A DNA stretch of 64,000 nucleotides from assembly GCA_963720265.1 (NCBI GenBank), contig CAVRET010000002.1:942069-1006068 (forward strand). Direction: 5' to 3'. Made by a program: the position numbers and the translations under genes. This DNA is from an uncultured bacterium. Its GTDB lineage: Bacteria; Patescibacteriota; Saccharimonadia; UBA4664. This document shows, in pieces, positions 34,841-44,100 of the stretch; position 1 is the first letter of the stretch; each line of letters opens with the position of its first letter. The notes under the pieces were generated by a model that saw only the letters and a program-made list of their open reading frames with translations, made no database searches and was not told the DNA's origin.

Positions 34841-36760
34841 TTAAATTTCGGCAAATGCGTCAGGGCGGAAGCGCCGAGGTAGGAAGAAGCTAAGGCAAAA
34901 AACGAGGACCAGGAGCGAAATTTCGTAAACCACACCCCAACGGAAAGCATTGTCGAAATCGACGCCTTCAGCCGCGGCAGCTGCACTGATCGCGCTGGCG
35001 GTGATCTGGCGGGAAAGGAACGGATCGGCGGCGAAGGCGGGGCTATTTTGGATCTTTTGACAGCTTTCCGGCACGACGGATGAATCTTGCTCGCGGGCGC
35101 GGTCGACGAAACAGGACTGGACGCCGCTTATAACGGCGTTTTGGGTATCTGGTGGGAGGCCGGCGGCTGAGAGTTGTGAGCTGAGCTTGGGCACGGCAGC
35201 TTCGAAGCTGGCGGGGGCCGCGGCAGTGAGCTGGCCAAAGAAAATTACGCCGATGACGGCAATGCCGATGGCGCCTCCAACCTGCTGCACGGCGTTCAGC
35301 GTACCGGAAGCAGCACCGGCATTCGACGGATCGACGCCGTTTAGCACTGCCGCATAGAGTGAAGCAAAAATGTGGCCCATGCCGATGCCAACAATTAACA
35401 GCCCGGGGATGAGCTGCCACGAGTGTATGCCGAGTGTGTAATGGTGCAGGGTCCAGGCCGCTATGCACAAACCTATAGTCATGTAAATGCAGCCGAGGAA
35501 TAAGGCTCTGCGGCCAAGCTTGGGAATAACTTTTTCGCCTAGCAACGCCATGGTGAGGCCAATGCCAATGGCCACCGGCAGACCGGTGAGCGCAGCGTGA
35601 ACAGGACTAAAGCCCAAGCCGATTTGCAAAAACAGGCCAAAGGTGAGGAAAAAGCCGAGCATGGCGGCCTCAAAGATGAGGTTAACCGACAGACCAATGT
35701 TAAATGACAGTTTGCGGAAGAGCTCCGGTAACACCAGCGGCGAGCCGTCAGTCCTGGCTTTGTGGCGCTGCCACAGTGCAAAAATTACAAACACTGGGAG
35801 CGACGAAATCATCATGGCAAATGACCACTCAGGCCAGCCGAGTTCGCGGCCCTGGATCAGCGGATACACAAGCAGCAGCATTGCGATCATGATTAGGAAT
35901 GTGCCGACCAGATCGAGCTTGAGCGGGTGTGATGATTTGCCGTTAGGTAGGTAACGGACAGCGGCAATGAGCGCAAAGATGCCGATGGGAATATTAATGA
36001 GGAAAATCGGCCGCCAATCGAGTCCAAAAAGGTTGGCTTTGATCAGCAAACCGCCTACGACCGGCCCAAGCGAGGCGGCCAGTCCGCCGAGGGCGCCAAA
36101 CAATCCGTTGATAGCGCCGCGTTCTTCCGGCTTGTACATGATCTGCATCAGGGACATGACTTGCGGCACCATGAGGGCGGCCATGGCACCTTGGAAGAGC
36201 CTGGCGGCAATGAGCCAATCCGGCCCGGCGGCCAGTCCGCTAAACAGCGAGGCGACGGTGAAGCCGGCCACGCCAAACATGAAGATTTTTTTGTAACCGA
36301 AGACGTCGCCCATGCGGCCGCCGGTCACGAGTAAGAGTGCAAAGGCTAAGCCGTAACCTGCTACCACCCATTGGATGGCCGAATACGTGGCGTGGAGATT
36401 GGTGCGGATTGACGGGATGGCAATGTTTACGATCGTGGAATCGAGCAGGTCCATGATGAATGCCAGTGACACGACAACCAGCGCGATGGTGCGAAGCTTG
36501 GAGCTTAGGCCGGCGGCGTGTTCTTGGGCTGATAATGGTGCGGCCTCCGCGGCCTCGATAGCTACCGGAGCAGCTTCTGGTGCGGGCTTGGTGTCCGGAG
36601 CGGGCTGCGGACCCGGTGCGGCTGCGGGAGCTGGAACTGGCTGTGAGCTCAGATCTAATGTCGGCTGGTGTTGTGCCCTGTTCGGTTGGGATGGGCGTTT
36701 TCTAGGCTGAATCGTATCTAACATGTTCGGTATATTACTGGTTACGCCTAGGCGAGTCAA
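34841..36760 (-). CDS. MFS transporter, DHA2/EmrB-like with 14 TM segments. It has a Pro/Ala-rich N-terminal extension.
   Basis: MDLLDSTIVNIAIPSI...GLAFALLLVTGGRMGDVFGYKK are MFS family motifs. Real start may be an internal Met. Confidence 0.75.
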   Translation of the reverse strand: MTRLGVTSNIPNMLDTIQPRKRPSQPNRAQHQPTLDLSSQPVPAPAAAPGPQPAPDTKPAPEAAPVAIEAAEAAPLSAQEHAAGLSSKLRTIALVVVSLAFIMDLLDSTIVNIAIPSIRTNLHATYSAIQWVVAGYGLAFALLLVTGGRMGDVFGYKKIFMFGVAGFTVASLFSGLAAGPDWLIAARLFQGAMAALMVPQVMSLMQIMYKPEERGAINGLFGALGGLAASLGPVVGGLLIKANLFGLDWRPIFLINIPIGIFALIAAVRYLPNGKSSHPLKLDLVGTFLIMIAMLLLVYPLIQGRELGWPEWSFAMMISSLPVFVIFALWQRHKARTDGSPLVLPELFRKLSFNIGLSVNLIFEAAMLGFFLTFGLFLQIGLGFSPVHAALTGLPVAIGIGLTMALLGEKVIPKLGRRALFLGCIYMTIGLCIAAWTLHHYTLGIHSWQLIPGLLIVGIGMGHIFASLYAAVLNGVDPSNAGAASGTLNAVQQVGGAIGIAVIGVIFFGQLTAAAPASFEAAVPKLSSQLSAAGLPPDTQNAVISGVQSCFVDRAREQDSSVVPESCQKIQNSPAFAADPFLSRQITASAISAAAAAEGVDFDNAFRWGVVYEISLLVLVFCLSFFLPRRFRPDAFAEI

Positions 36761-36784
36761 GAACAGGGGTTACAAATATGAGGC

Positions 36785-37396
36785 TTAATCGCCGAAGGCT
36801 GAGGGCGGGCCGGCCGGCGCGGTCGGTGTTGGCGTATCGGCGGCCGCAGCGGGCGCAGCAAAAGCTCCGGGGCCGCCCGTACCCAGGTTGCGAAGCATTT
36901 GGTCGCGGATTTCAAGAGCCTCTTCCGACAGCGCTTCGGGGTGCGGCGCGCGGTGAAAGATGAACTTTTCAGTTTCCCCAGCTGACTGCACTTGCACATC
37001 ACCATAATCAAAAATGGTCGCCCAGAAGCCAACGCGAGTCCCTGACACGTCCTGAATTCTGGCGTAGGTCAGTTGCGAGATTTGGCGGCTAAAGAGCGTG
37101 GGCTGCTCGACTTCGATAATGTGGAGGTTGGTGAAGATCAGTACATTGCGTTGATAGGTGAAGATGCCGATGAGCAAAATGAGTCCGCCGATAACGGCCA
37201 TGAGTGTAACGAGAATGAGCACGAGCAGGGGCGGAAATGGAATGAGCTCGGGATGACGGCCAGCCAGGTAGGCCAGGGCAACGCCGGCCAAGATGAGGAA
37301 GAGCGACATCGCGATTGGGCCGACCAGGTCAATAAACGAGCGGTGGACGACGCGGATAATGTTTTCGCCGGGGTCAAGCTGAAAGCCGTAATTCAT
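36785..37396 (-). CDS. Membrane-flanked bacterial PH-domain protein (YdbS/YdbT-like).
   Basis: Two TM helices are followed by YQRNVLIFTNLHIIEVEQPTLFSRQISQLTYARIQDV. Confidence 0.55.
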   Translation of the reverse strand: MNYGFQLDPGENIIRVVHRSFIDLVGPIAMSLFLILAGVALAYLAGRHPELIPFPPLLVLILVTLMAVIGGLILLIGIFTYQRNVLIFTNLHIIEVEQPTLFSRQISQLTYARIQDVSGTRVGFWATIFDYGDVQVQSAGETEKFIFHRAPHPEALSEEALEIRDQMLRNLGTGGPGAFAAPAAAADTPTPTAPAGPPSAFGD

Positions 37397-37417
37397 AGTG
37401 CATATGTTTTAGCATAA

Positions 37418-38461
37418 TTATCCGACTTTGCCAAGTCCGGAGGCGACTAGGACTAGAATGAGCGCGATGAGGACGCCAACGGTAACAGCTGCATATATCC
37501 GGTAGTTGAGCTGGCGCCAGCGCAGGAGCCCTTTGCGCCAGACCACCATATGGGTCACGAGATAGACTAAGAGTAAGAGCAGCAGGAGGCCTAAGGTTGC
37601 AAGTGTTGCCCAGTTGAGTGTGCGGGTGAGACTTAGGGGAGCGAACAGGCTGTAGGACTTGGCCGCCGGGGTACTGGCCGTAATTTGTCCGTTGGCAGTT
37701 GGGGGCTGGATGGCGGCAGCTAGTGGTCCCGGTGTGGCACTGGGCGATGGGCTGGTTTGCGGTGGTACGCTAGCCGCGGGCGAGGGAGATGCACTATGTG
37801 GTAGCACTGTGGCCGTCACGGTCAAGCTGCCGGCGGCAGGGGCGCCATAGTGTGCTACAACGAGCGTAGTTTGGCCGCTCACGAGGGTGCCGTTTTCGAC
37901 CGCAAAGCCAACGTCGGTGTAGTGCGGATTTAAGATGTTGGCGCGGTGGCCGGGTGAGTTCATCCAGCCGGTCATAACGCCTGAGGTGGTGTCAAAATCT
38001 TTGGCCAGATTTTCCCCGGCGTACGAGTAGTTGTAGCCGGCTTTTTCAAACCAGTACCAGGGCTGAATGCCGGACGGTGAAACGTGTGCCCAATAATCTT
38101 CGGAGAACATGTCTTGGGCTTTGAGCTCGGCGGAGTAATTGAGCTGGGCGCTCAGGTTTAGCGGCGGCAGGCCATTGGCCTGGCGAGCTTGGTTGGTTTG
38201 GGTAAATAACGCTTCCGGCGTGATATCGGTGGCATAGGCCAGGACTTGCCCGGGCGTAGTCGCTCGAACACCTGCCGGGCGGGTGGCGATAACCGTGGCT
38301 TGTGCGCCCAAAATGAGCAGCGCGACAAGCGCTAGCCCGTGCGCCCGGATGAGGTGCGGCCGGTGATCGTTGCCGGTGTGCGGAATGAGCCAGTGCTTGA
38401 GGTGACGGCCGATGTGGCTGGCTGTGAGATGCTTTTTTTGTTTTTGGCGTCGCTTTGGCAT
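37418..38461 (-). CDS. CAP/SCP/PR-1 domain protein with a C-terminal membrane anchor.
   Basis: NQARQANGLPPL, NYSAELKAQDM, GYNYSYAGENLA and GWMNSPGHRANIL are the CAP motifs. Confidence 0.7.
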   Translation of the reverse strand: MPKRRQKQKKHLTASHIGRHLKHWLIPHTGNDHRPHLIRAHGLALVALLILGAQATVIATRPAGVRATTPGQVLAYATDITPEALFTQTNQARQANGLPPLNLSAQLNYSAELKAQDMFSEDYWAHVSPSGIQPWYWFEKAGYNYSYAGENLAKDFDTTSGVMTGWMNSPGHRANILNPHYTDVGFAVENGTLVSGQTTLVVAHYGAPAAGSLTVTATVLPHSASPSPAASVPPQTSPSPSATPGPLAAAIQPPTANGQITASTPAAKSYSLFAPLSLTRTLNWATLATLGLLLLLLLVYLVTHMVVWRKGLLRWRQLNYRIYAAVTVGVLIALILVLVASGLGKVG

Positions 38462-38607
38462 CGATAAATCTTATGGTTAGCCATATTGTACATCATATCT
38501 GGAAATTGGAGTCCTGGCACGACTAATTTGCGAGAGCCATACAATGACTTTGATTTTCCGTGGCCAAAGTTCGAAATGTGTCCACTACGAGGTGCCGCCT
38601 AAGAGGC

Positions 38608-38871
38608 TTACTTGTAGTGGTAGCGGCAAGCTATTATTCGCAGCTCGTCGTCAACTACTGTATACACTAGCCGGTGCTCATCCGAGATCCGTCTTGACCA
38701 CGCGCCAGATAGGTCTCCGCGCAGTGGCTCTGGCTTCCCGGTTCCCTCAAAAGGGTTCCGAGCACAGTCCTGGATGAGCTGGTTGATTTTTTTTAGTGTT
38801 TTCTTGTCTTGGGACTGCCAGTATAGGTAGTCGTCCCAGCCATCATTAGTAAACGCGATGATCCTTGTCAT
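38608..38871 (-). CDS. yoeB: Type II toxin YoeB/Txe.
   Basis: GWDDYLYWQSQDKKTLKKINQLIQDCARNPFEGTGKPEPLRGDLSGAWSRRISDEHRLVY is near-canonical YoeB. Confidence 0.9.
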   Translation of the reverse strand: MTRIIAFTNDGWDDYLYWQSQDKKTLKKINQLIQDCARNPFEGTGKPEPLRGDLSGAWSRRISDEHRLVYTVVDDELRIIACRYHYK

Positions 38872-39122
38872 GCATTATTGAGTTTGTGACGCGTGACATT
38901 GCCAGCCCCGGCGTCAGCTAGGCTGCGGCGCAATCGCTTTGCATTTGCGGGATTGGCGAGCAGGTAGTCGGTTTCTTTCTTGGCAGTGTATTGCTCTAAA
39001 GGCATGGCTACAATTGTTTGGCCGTCGCTGCGCGTAATAAGGAGGATGTCTTGGTCGTCGATGACCTGGTCGAAATACTTTTTAGAGTCTTTCCGGAATT
39101 TAGAGATAGATGTAACGTTCAT
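38868..39122 (-). CDS. yefM: Type II antitoxin YefM/Phd.
   Basis: MNVTSISKFRKDSKKYFDQVIDDQDILLITRSDGQTIVAM. An AAGGAGA RBS precedes ATG 39122. There is a 4-nt overlap with yoeB. Confidence 0.85.
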   Translation of the reverse strand: MNVTSISKFRKDSKKYFDQVIDDQDILLITRSDGQTIVAMPLEQYTAKKETDYLLANPANAKRLRRSLADAGAGNVTRHKLNNA

Positions 39123-39400
39123 GGGTTTCTCCTTGTACGCTACATTGTACGTTGAGGGATACAATATAGCAATTATTACGGCGCGATTATATGTGGATCT
39201 TGTCTTCTGACTTCGGCCTGAACATTGAACGCTGTAGTGTACAAAGGTCTTCTGTGATGACTATGAGTGTTTGCTTGGATGCAGCGGGCTGCATTTTTTT
39301 GATGCATGCAATCAGAAGAGGCCCTGTTCGGCAGGGTTTTTCGCGCAACCTAGGTGGTCGCACGCCTCTTCCGACGAACAGGGCCTGGGGGCCGGGTTGG

Positions 39401-40075
39401 TTATACGGCGATTTTGGTTACGCCGCCTTGCATCCATTCACCCTCATGTACGACGACGTGCATGAGGGCCGGGATGGTTTGGACTGTGCCCGATCCGAGA
39501 TGGATGACGGCGATTACGCTGCCGGCTGCGATGGTGGCACCCACCTTAACGTAGTCTGCCAGCGTGATCTGCCGGGCCACGAGGCCGGCGAACATCGTGA
39601 AGTCGAAGCCCTGCTCTGTCACGATGCGAATCTGGAAGTTGCTCCGGGCGGCTTCGGCAGTGTGGGCCATGCGGCGTCTCGTGCCCGAGACGATGATGCC
39701 CCCTACGGTAATGTCGGCAGGGCAGGTGATCATGTGCTCATTGAGCAAGGTGAGGAAGGTCCGTACCAGGTGCGAGCCGTCCGGCTGAGCCTCGATGGAC
39801 ATAATCTTGCCGTTGGCGACAGCATAAACTGTGCCGACGTCGTGCCCGCGCGGACGCGGTATGTGCCGGAAGGTAGCAGCTACCACTAGACCTGCACCGG
39901 TCAGTGTACCAGCCAGCCGCCACTCTCTCCGAGCAGCTGCCACAACGCTTGCACCGAGCAGGGGTACTACGTAGCGGGCGCCCGCTCGCACACTGAGGGC
40001 TGAGAACCGCAGACCCGGCACGCCTATCGTGCTCACTCGATGGGTTATTGAGACAGTGTTTTCATCGGAAGCCAT
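39401..40075 (-). CDS. Possible M23/LytM-like peptidase domain protein. Assignment is weak.
   Basis: VKVGATIAAGSVIAVIHLGSGTVQ...LMHVVVHEGEW loosely fits the M23 C-terminal pattern. Confidence 0.35.
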   Translation of the reverse strand: MASDENTVSITHRVSTIGVPGLRFSALSVRAGARYVVPLLGASVVAAARREWRLAGTLTGAGLVVAATFRHIPRPRGHDVGTVYAVANGKIMSIEAQPDGSHLVRTFLTLLNEHMITCPADITVGGIIVSGTRRRMAHTAEAARSNFQIRIVTEQGFDFTMFAGLVARQITLADYVKVGATIAAGSVIAVIHLGSGTVQTIPALMHVVVHEGEWMQGGVTKIAV

Positions 40076-40241
40076 GGGCCTCCCTCTCGCTAGTAGGACT
40101 GTGGACGAGTGCACAATCGGTCTTTCGACGCCATGGGCATGCGTAGTATCTAATAGAATCAAAGCGGTAATCAAGAGGCGTCTGGGTGGTACGCCCGGCG
40201 AACGATCCGCCGGGCGTACCAGATTGTGACATCCCGATCTT

Positions 40242-40967
40242 TTACGAGATGTCGGCAGAGTAGACGTTGGCCGGCGGGACGAGGTTCCAGAAGACCCAAC
40301 GCCTGGTGAGTTGTACACCGAGCAGCTCGCGCAACTCGACTTCCCTCTTCGTCGTGTACTGGATGACCGCGACCTTGCCGCCGAGCGACCGGATCATCCT
40401 GAGCACGTTGCTCACTACCTCTTCGGGCAGAGAGAGCAACGGCAGGAAGCAGTACCAGCCCACCGGCTTGCGGCCGACGAAGCGCCTGGGGTCGCCTTTG
40501 ATCAGGTTGTCAGGACTCTTGAACAGTTCGTCCAGACCTTCCCCGGTGAAGAGCCGGGACACGTCTTGGGCGTCGGCCAGAATGGCGATGACCCTGGAAT
40601 CGCCCCAGTGGCGCTTGATCAGCGCCGCCCGGAGGATCGGATCGAGTTCGGTCAGGATAACGTCCCGGTAGAGGACTTGCGCGAGCAGAGCCTTGGTGGA
40701 GCGCCGGCCGTTACCGGCCCCAAGCTCGATCACGGGTCCGTCCACGGCGTCCCGCAGGATGGCGGGGCCGTCCCCGGCATTCCCCAGAATCGTACGAGCC
40801 ATGATGCGGCAGGTGACGAGACGGGTGGGGACGACCTCGCCGACCTGGCCGGGATGCCTGATAAGGGCTGCCGTCATGGACGCAGACTTGTTTGCCCAGA
40901 CCCGGGCCATCCAGCCGGCCGTGAGTCCCGCTGCTCCGGTGAGCAGCAAGGCCTGTTTCGAAGCCAT
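40242..40967 (-). CDS. Class I SAM-dependent methyltransferase.
   Basis: VIELGAGNGRRS is the glycine-rich SAM motif I. Start is taken at MASKQ. Confidence 0.5.
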   Translation of the reverse strand: MASKQALLLTGAAGLTAGWMARVWANKSASMTAALIRHPGQVGEVVPTRLVTCRIMARTILGNAGDGPAILRDAVDGPVIELGAGNGRRSTKALLAQVLYRDVILTELDPILRAALIKRHWGDSRVIAILADAQDVSRLFTGEGLDELFKSPDNLIKGDPRRFVGRKPVGWYCFLPLLSLPEEVVSNVLRMIRSLGGKVAVIQYTTKREVELRELLGVQLTRRWVFWNLVPPANVYSADIS

Positions 40968-41157
40968 CAGGGTCCCTTCAGCTGTTGTGTTCGGACATGG
41001 CCGCTCGATCGGGCTTTGGGGTCGCCTACGAGCACAATTAAGTATGGTATGGGTAGATCGTAACGTCAAACAGGTTCGTTTTGGATGAGTCGGTAATTAT
41101 TGCATTGGGGGGACATGCCAAGTGACAGCGCTGTCGCCCGGCACACCCCCAAGGAAT

Positions 41158-41634
41158 TTAAGAATACTCCCTCCTTTGCTTCATCGAGCGCAGAGCCCAT
41201 GCACATATCGCGGCTTCCAGCAGCAGGGCTGCGCCTTTGAAGCGACCTTCGGAATTGGAGAGCGGCGAGTGAAACCGCTTCCTTATTACGGGGTAGCCGA
41301 GTGGCCTGGCATCGGTGTGGTGCCACCAGAAGTCGATCAAGTTGTGCCAGATCCAGCCGGCCGCGAGCGCCCGGAGCCCGGGGTTCTTACCGGTAAGTGC
41401 CAGCAAGATAGCGGGCGGGATAACCGAGTGCAGCCACAGATCGAGAGGCCAGGAAGTTTCCTGGCCATAATCGAGTCCTTCGGCCGTGAGCTCGCCGCGT
41501 GTTAGCAAGGCCAGAGCCTTGGCGGCGTACGGCATATCCGGCAGCAATCCGCCGATGACTGTCATGAGAACGTCCTCGGATTCCAGCCGACGTGCGATTT
41601 CGGCGCTCAGCAGTCCGTGGGTCGGTATGAGCAC
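41158..41634 (-). CDS. Membrane-associated metal-dependent hydrolase-like protein (YdjM/DUF457-like).
   Basis: It has an MLIPTHGLL start and His-rich segments WIWHNLIDFWWHH. Confidence 0.4.
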   Translation of the reverse strand: MLIPTHGLLSAEIARRLESEDVLMTVIGGLLPDMPYAAKALALLTRGELTAEGLDYGQETSWPLDLWLHSVIPPAILLALTGKNPGLRALAAGWIWHNLIDFWWHHTDARPLGYPVIRKRFHSPLSNSEGRFKGAALLLEAAICAWALRSMKQRREYS

Positions 41635-42347
41635 TAGGCATCGTCTCCGCTCTTTGAGGTAGTGGCTCGGGCGATAAACTCACGTACGACCGTCCAGGCA
41701 ACGACTCGGTCCGAGATCTGCCGGCCAAAGGCACTCCAGGTGGGCAGCCTGAACCATGACAGCATGGCGACCGACAAGGCGACCGCGAGTATGGCCGTGA
41801 GGATAACGCTGACCCGGATGAGTGTGACGTTTAGCACGGCTACAATGACCACGATGTCGGCGGCCAGAGGGGCGGGACAACCAAGGTAGTTGTTGTCCGA
41901 GTGACCCATGACGGTGTAGCGGACGAGCCGGAAGGCGCCGGCCAGGCACCATCCGATGACGACCACTGGACCGATTACGGGCAGCGTGTGGAGTTGCCCG
42001 TAATACAGGATGGCCGCTCCGCCGAGTGCCGCCCAGGTGGTGTCAGACACGAAGTCGAGCTGATGGCCGACCGGGTACGGAAGCTTGTCGGTGCCGGTAG
42101 CTCGGGCTATGGTTCCGTCCAGTAGATCGGTGATAGTGGCGCCGGCAACGAAGGCTGATGCGACCAGGATGTACCCACGCTGGGCCAATGCTATGATCAC
42201 GATGCCCATAATGAAACCGCAGGCCGTGACCAGGTTGGCCGGGTTGCGCCGGGGGCTGACATACGGCCCCCAGGTGAAGGCGGGCAGCTGCGAGAGCTGA
42301 CCTCCCGAGACTAGATCGGTAGAGGTTTGATGGTCAGCCGTCGTCAT
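41634..42347 (-). CDS. CDP-alcohol phosphatidyltransferase family protein.
   Basis: DLLDGTIARATGTDKLPYPVGHQLDFVSD is the D-G-x2-A-R...G-x3-D-x3-D signature. It has multiple TM segments. Confidence 0.7.
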   Translation of the reverse strand: MTTADHQTSTDLVSGGQLSQLPAFTWGPYVSPRRNPANLVTACGFIMGIVIIALAQRGYILVASAFVAGATITDLLDGTIARATGTDKLPYPVGHQLDFVSDTTWAALGGAAILYYGQLHTLPVIGPVVVIGWCLAGAFRLVRYTVMGHSDNNYLGCPAPLAADIVVIVAVLNVTLIRVSVILTAILAVALSVAMLSWFRLPTWSAFGRQISDRVVAWTVVREFIARATTSKSGDDA

Positions 42348-42764
42348 GACGACTCCCTTCTCGGGTATGGCTAGGGGGGACTTGTAGGAACTACGCTTCC
42401 CAAACCCGGCTTGGGGCTGTTAACCGAAATTGCAGCAACCTCAGGCCGGATTTAGGGCGCTCATCCAACTGTAACGAATAAGCACGAGGATAATCAATTA
42501 TTCTTCTCGATGAGTGATTGGTGTTTACGAACGATTAAGGTTCATGACTACGGGTTGGCAAGTCCCAGTGTGTTTTACTCCAGGTTTCGTGGGGCCGGAG
42601 GGCACTGGGTATGCCTGATGTTTTCGAATCTGTTGGCCATCATGTGTGATGATGCGAAACGATAATAATTACTTGGGCGCAGGGCCCGGGTCCTCCACAT
42701 GCTGTGGGACCCGGGCCCGCGTGTTGTCCGCCCTGGCTGGACGGGTGCTTCTCGTTTCCGGCTG

Positions 42765-43979
42765 TCAGCCGGCGGCGAGTGCGAGTTCGTCCTTGGAGAA
42801 CTGCGCGAGGGCCAGTTTCGGTGCCAGAGCGGCGGTCGCCAGGCCGAGATGACCAGCGTCGCCGGTTTGGGTGGCGTCGTCGGCATACGCCATCCAGAAC
42901 AGGTTCTGGACCCACGGCGTTGCCACCCACTGCGTGTAGGTGCTGTTCAGGATGGCCAGCTGCAGGGCCTGGGAGGCTGGATCAGCGGCCGGAGCCCCAT
43001 CTTCCGTTGCCCAGATCTTCTTGCTGCCGATGATCTGGTGCAGCTGCTGCATCTGCTGCCATGCGTTCGTCGGATCCTGGTCGCTGGCCAGCAACGGGTA
43101 CGAGTACGGGTGATCCCCGAGCGCGTCCAGGTACTGGCCACCGTGGAGCTGGAAGAGCTCCGTCACGAACTGGACGGGCGAGATGCTGCCGCCGGTCGTA
43201 TCTGACGGCCCGAGGCCGCCGGAGATGACGACCGCACCCGGCTCCAGCTTGTGGATCATCAGGTAGAGCGGCTTGAGCAGAGCGAGATACTGGCTGACGT
43301 TGGCGGCGGGACCGGCGAAGCCGGCGAGGTTGGGTTCGTTCCAGACCTCCCAGTCTGCTATCCCGACGCTGGAGCCGGGTTTCGGCTCATAGCGCAGGAT
43401 CGCAGCACGGGCGAACGGCTCGTACTGGGTCCACGTCGGCATGCACATGATGAACTGCGAGTTCGGGCACGACGATGTGAACGCCCAGCCGGGCGTGCCG
43501 TCGAGAAGGCCGAGGACCTTGATCCCGTTGCGTTCGAACGTGTTCACCACGTTGTCGATCCTGGTCCAGTCGAAGACGCCCGGTGCGATCTCGACTACAC
43601 CGCGGTCGATGTCGAAGCGCACGCAGTTCGCGTGCGCCACGTTCTTGATGCCGTCCACCACCTTCTGCAGGTCGGCCTGGCTGAGGAACGGCATGCTGCC
43701 GCCCTCGGCGATGCACAGCGCCCTGCCCTGAATGGCTGCCGCCGACACCACGGTGGGTACCGATGCGGAGGCCGTCGGGGCCTGAGACTGGCGCGACGGT
43801 GCGGGCTGCGACGACGTGACGGAACTTGTTCCCGGCGACGGCGCAGTTGCGGGGGTGGATGTCGTGCTGGAGCTGCTACAGGCACCCAAAACGAGCGCCA
43901 GGACAACTCCTGCGGCTGCGCCTGCGGGTCTCCGCCAGCGCGGTGCGCCACGCGGTCGGCGTGACGATGATTTGTTCAT
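42765..43979 (-). CDS. Secreted lipoprotein glycoside hydrolase of GH5/GH39 type (TIM barrel with an NEP motif). It is very GC-rich.
   Basis: A signal peptide plus a lipobox (LVLGAC) and a Ser/Thr/Pro linker precede the catalytic domain. WEVWNEPN, ISGGLGPSD, GDHPYSYP and IWATEDGAP are the domain motifs. It is a paralogue of 57536–58780. Confidence 0.6.
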   Translation of the reverse strand: MNKSSSRRPRGAPRWRRPAGAAAGVVLALVLGACSSSSTTSTPATAPSPGTSSVTSSQPAPSRQSQAPTASASVPTVVSAAAIQGRALCIAEGGSMPFLSQADLQKVVDGIKNVAHANCVRFDIDRGVVEIAPGVFDWTRIDNVVNTFERNGIKVLGLLDGTPGWAFTSSCPNSQFIMCMPTWTQYEPFARAAILRYEPKPGSSVGIADWEVWNEPNLAGFAGPAANVSQYLALLKPLYLMIHKLEPGAVVISGGLGPSDTTGGSISPVQFVTELFQLHGGQYLDALGDHPYSYPLLASDQDPTNAWQQMQQLHQIIGSKKIWATEDGAPAADPASQALQLAILNSTYTQWVATPWVQNLFWMAYADDATQTGDAGHLGLATAALAPKLALAQFSKDELALAAG

Positions 43980-44100
43980 GTACTCTCCCTCGATGGACAT
44001 GGAACCAGTTGATCGGCCGGATTTATCCTGTGGCTTTACAACCGGATTATTTTATATCATTTATTGCTGTTTTGTCAATCTTTACTATCAAGGGTTACAA

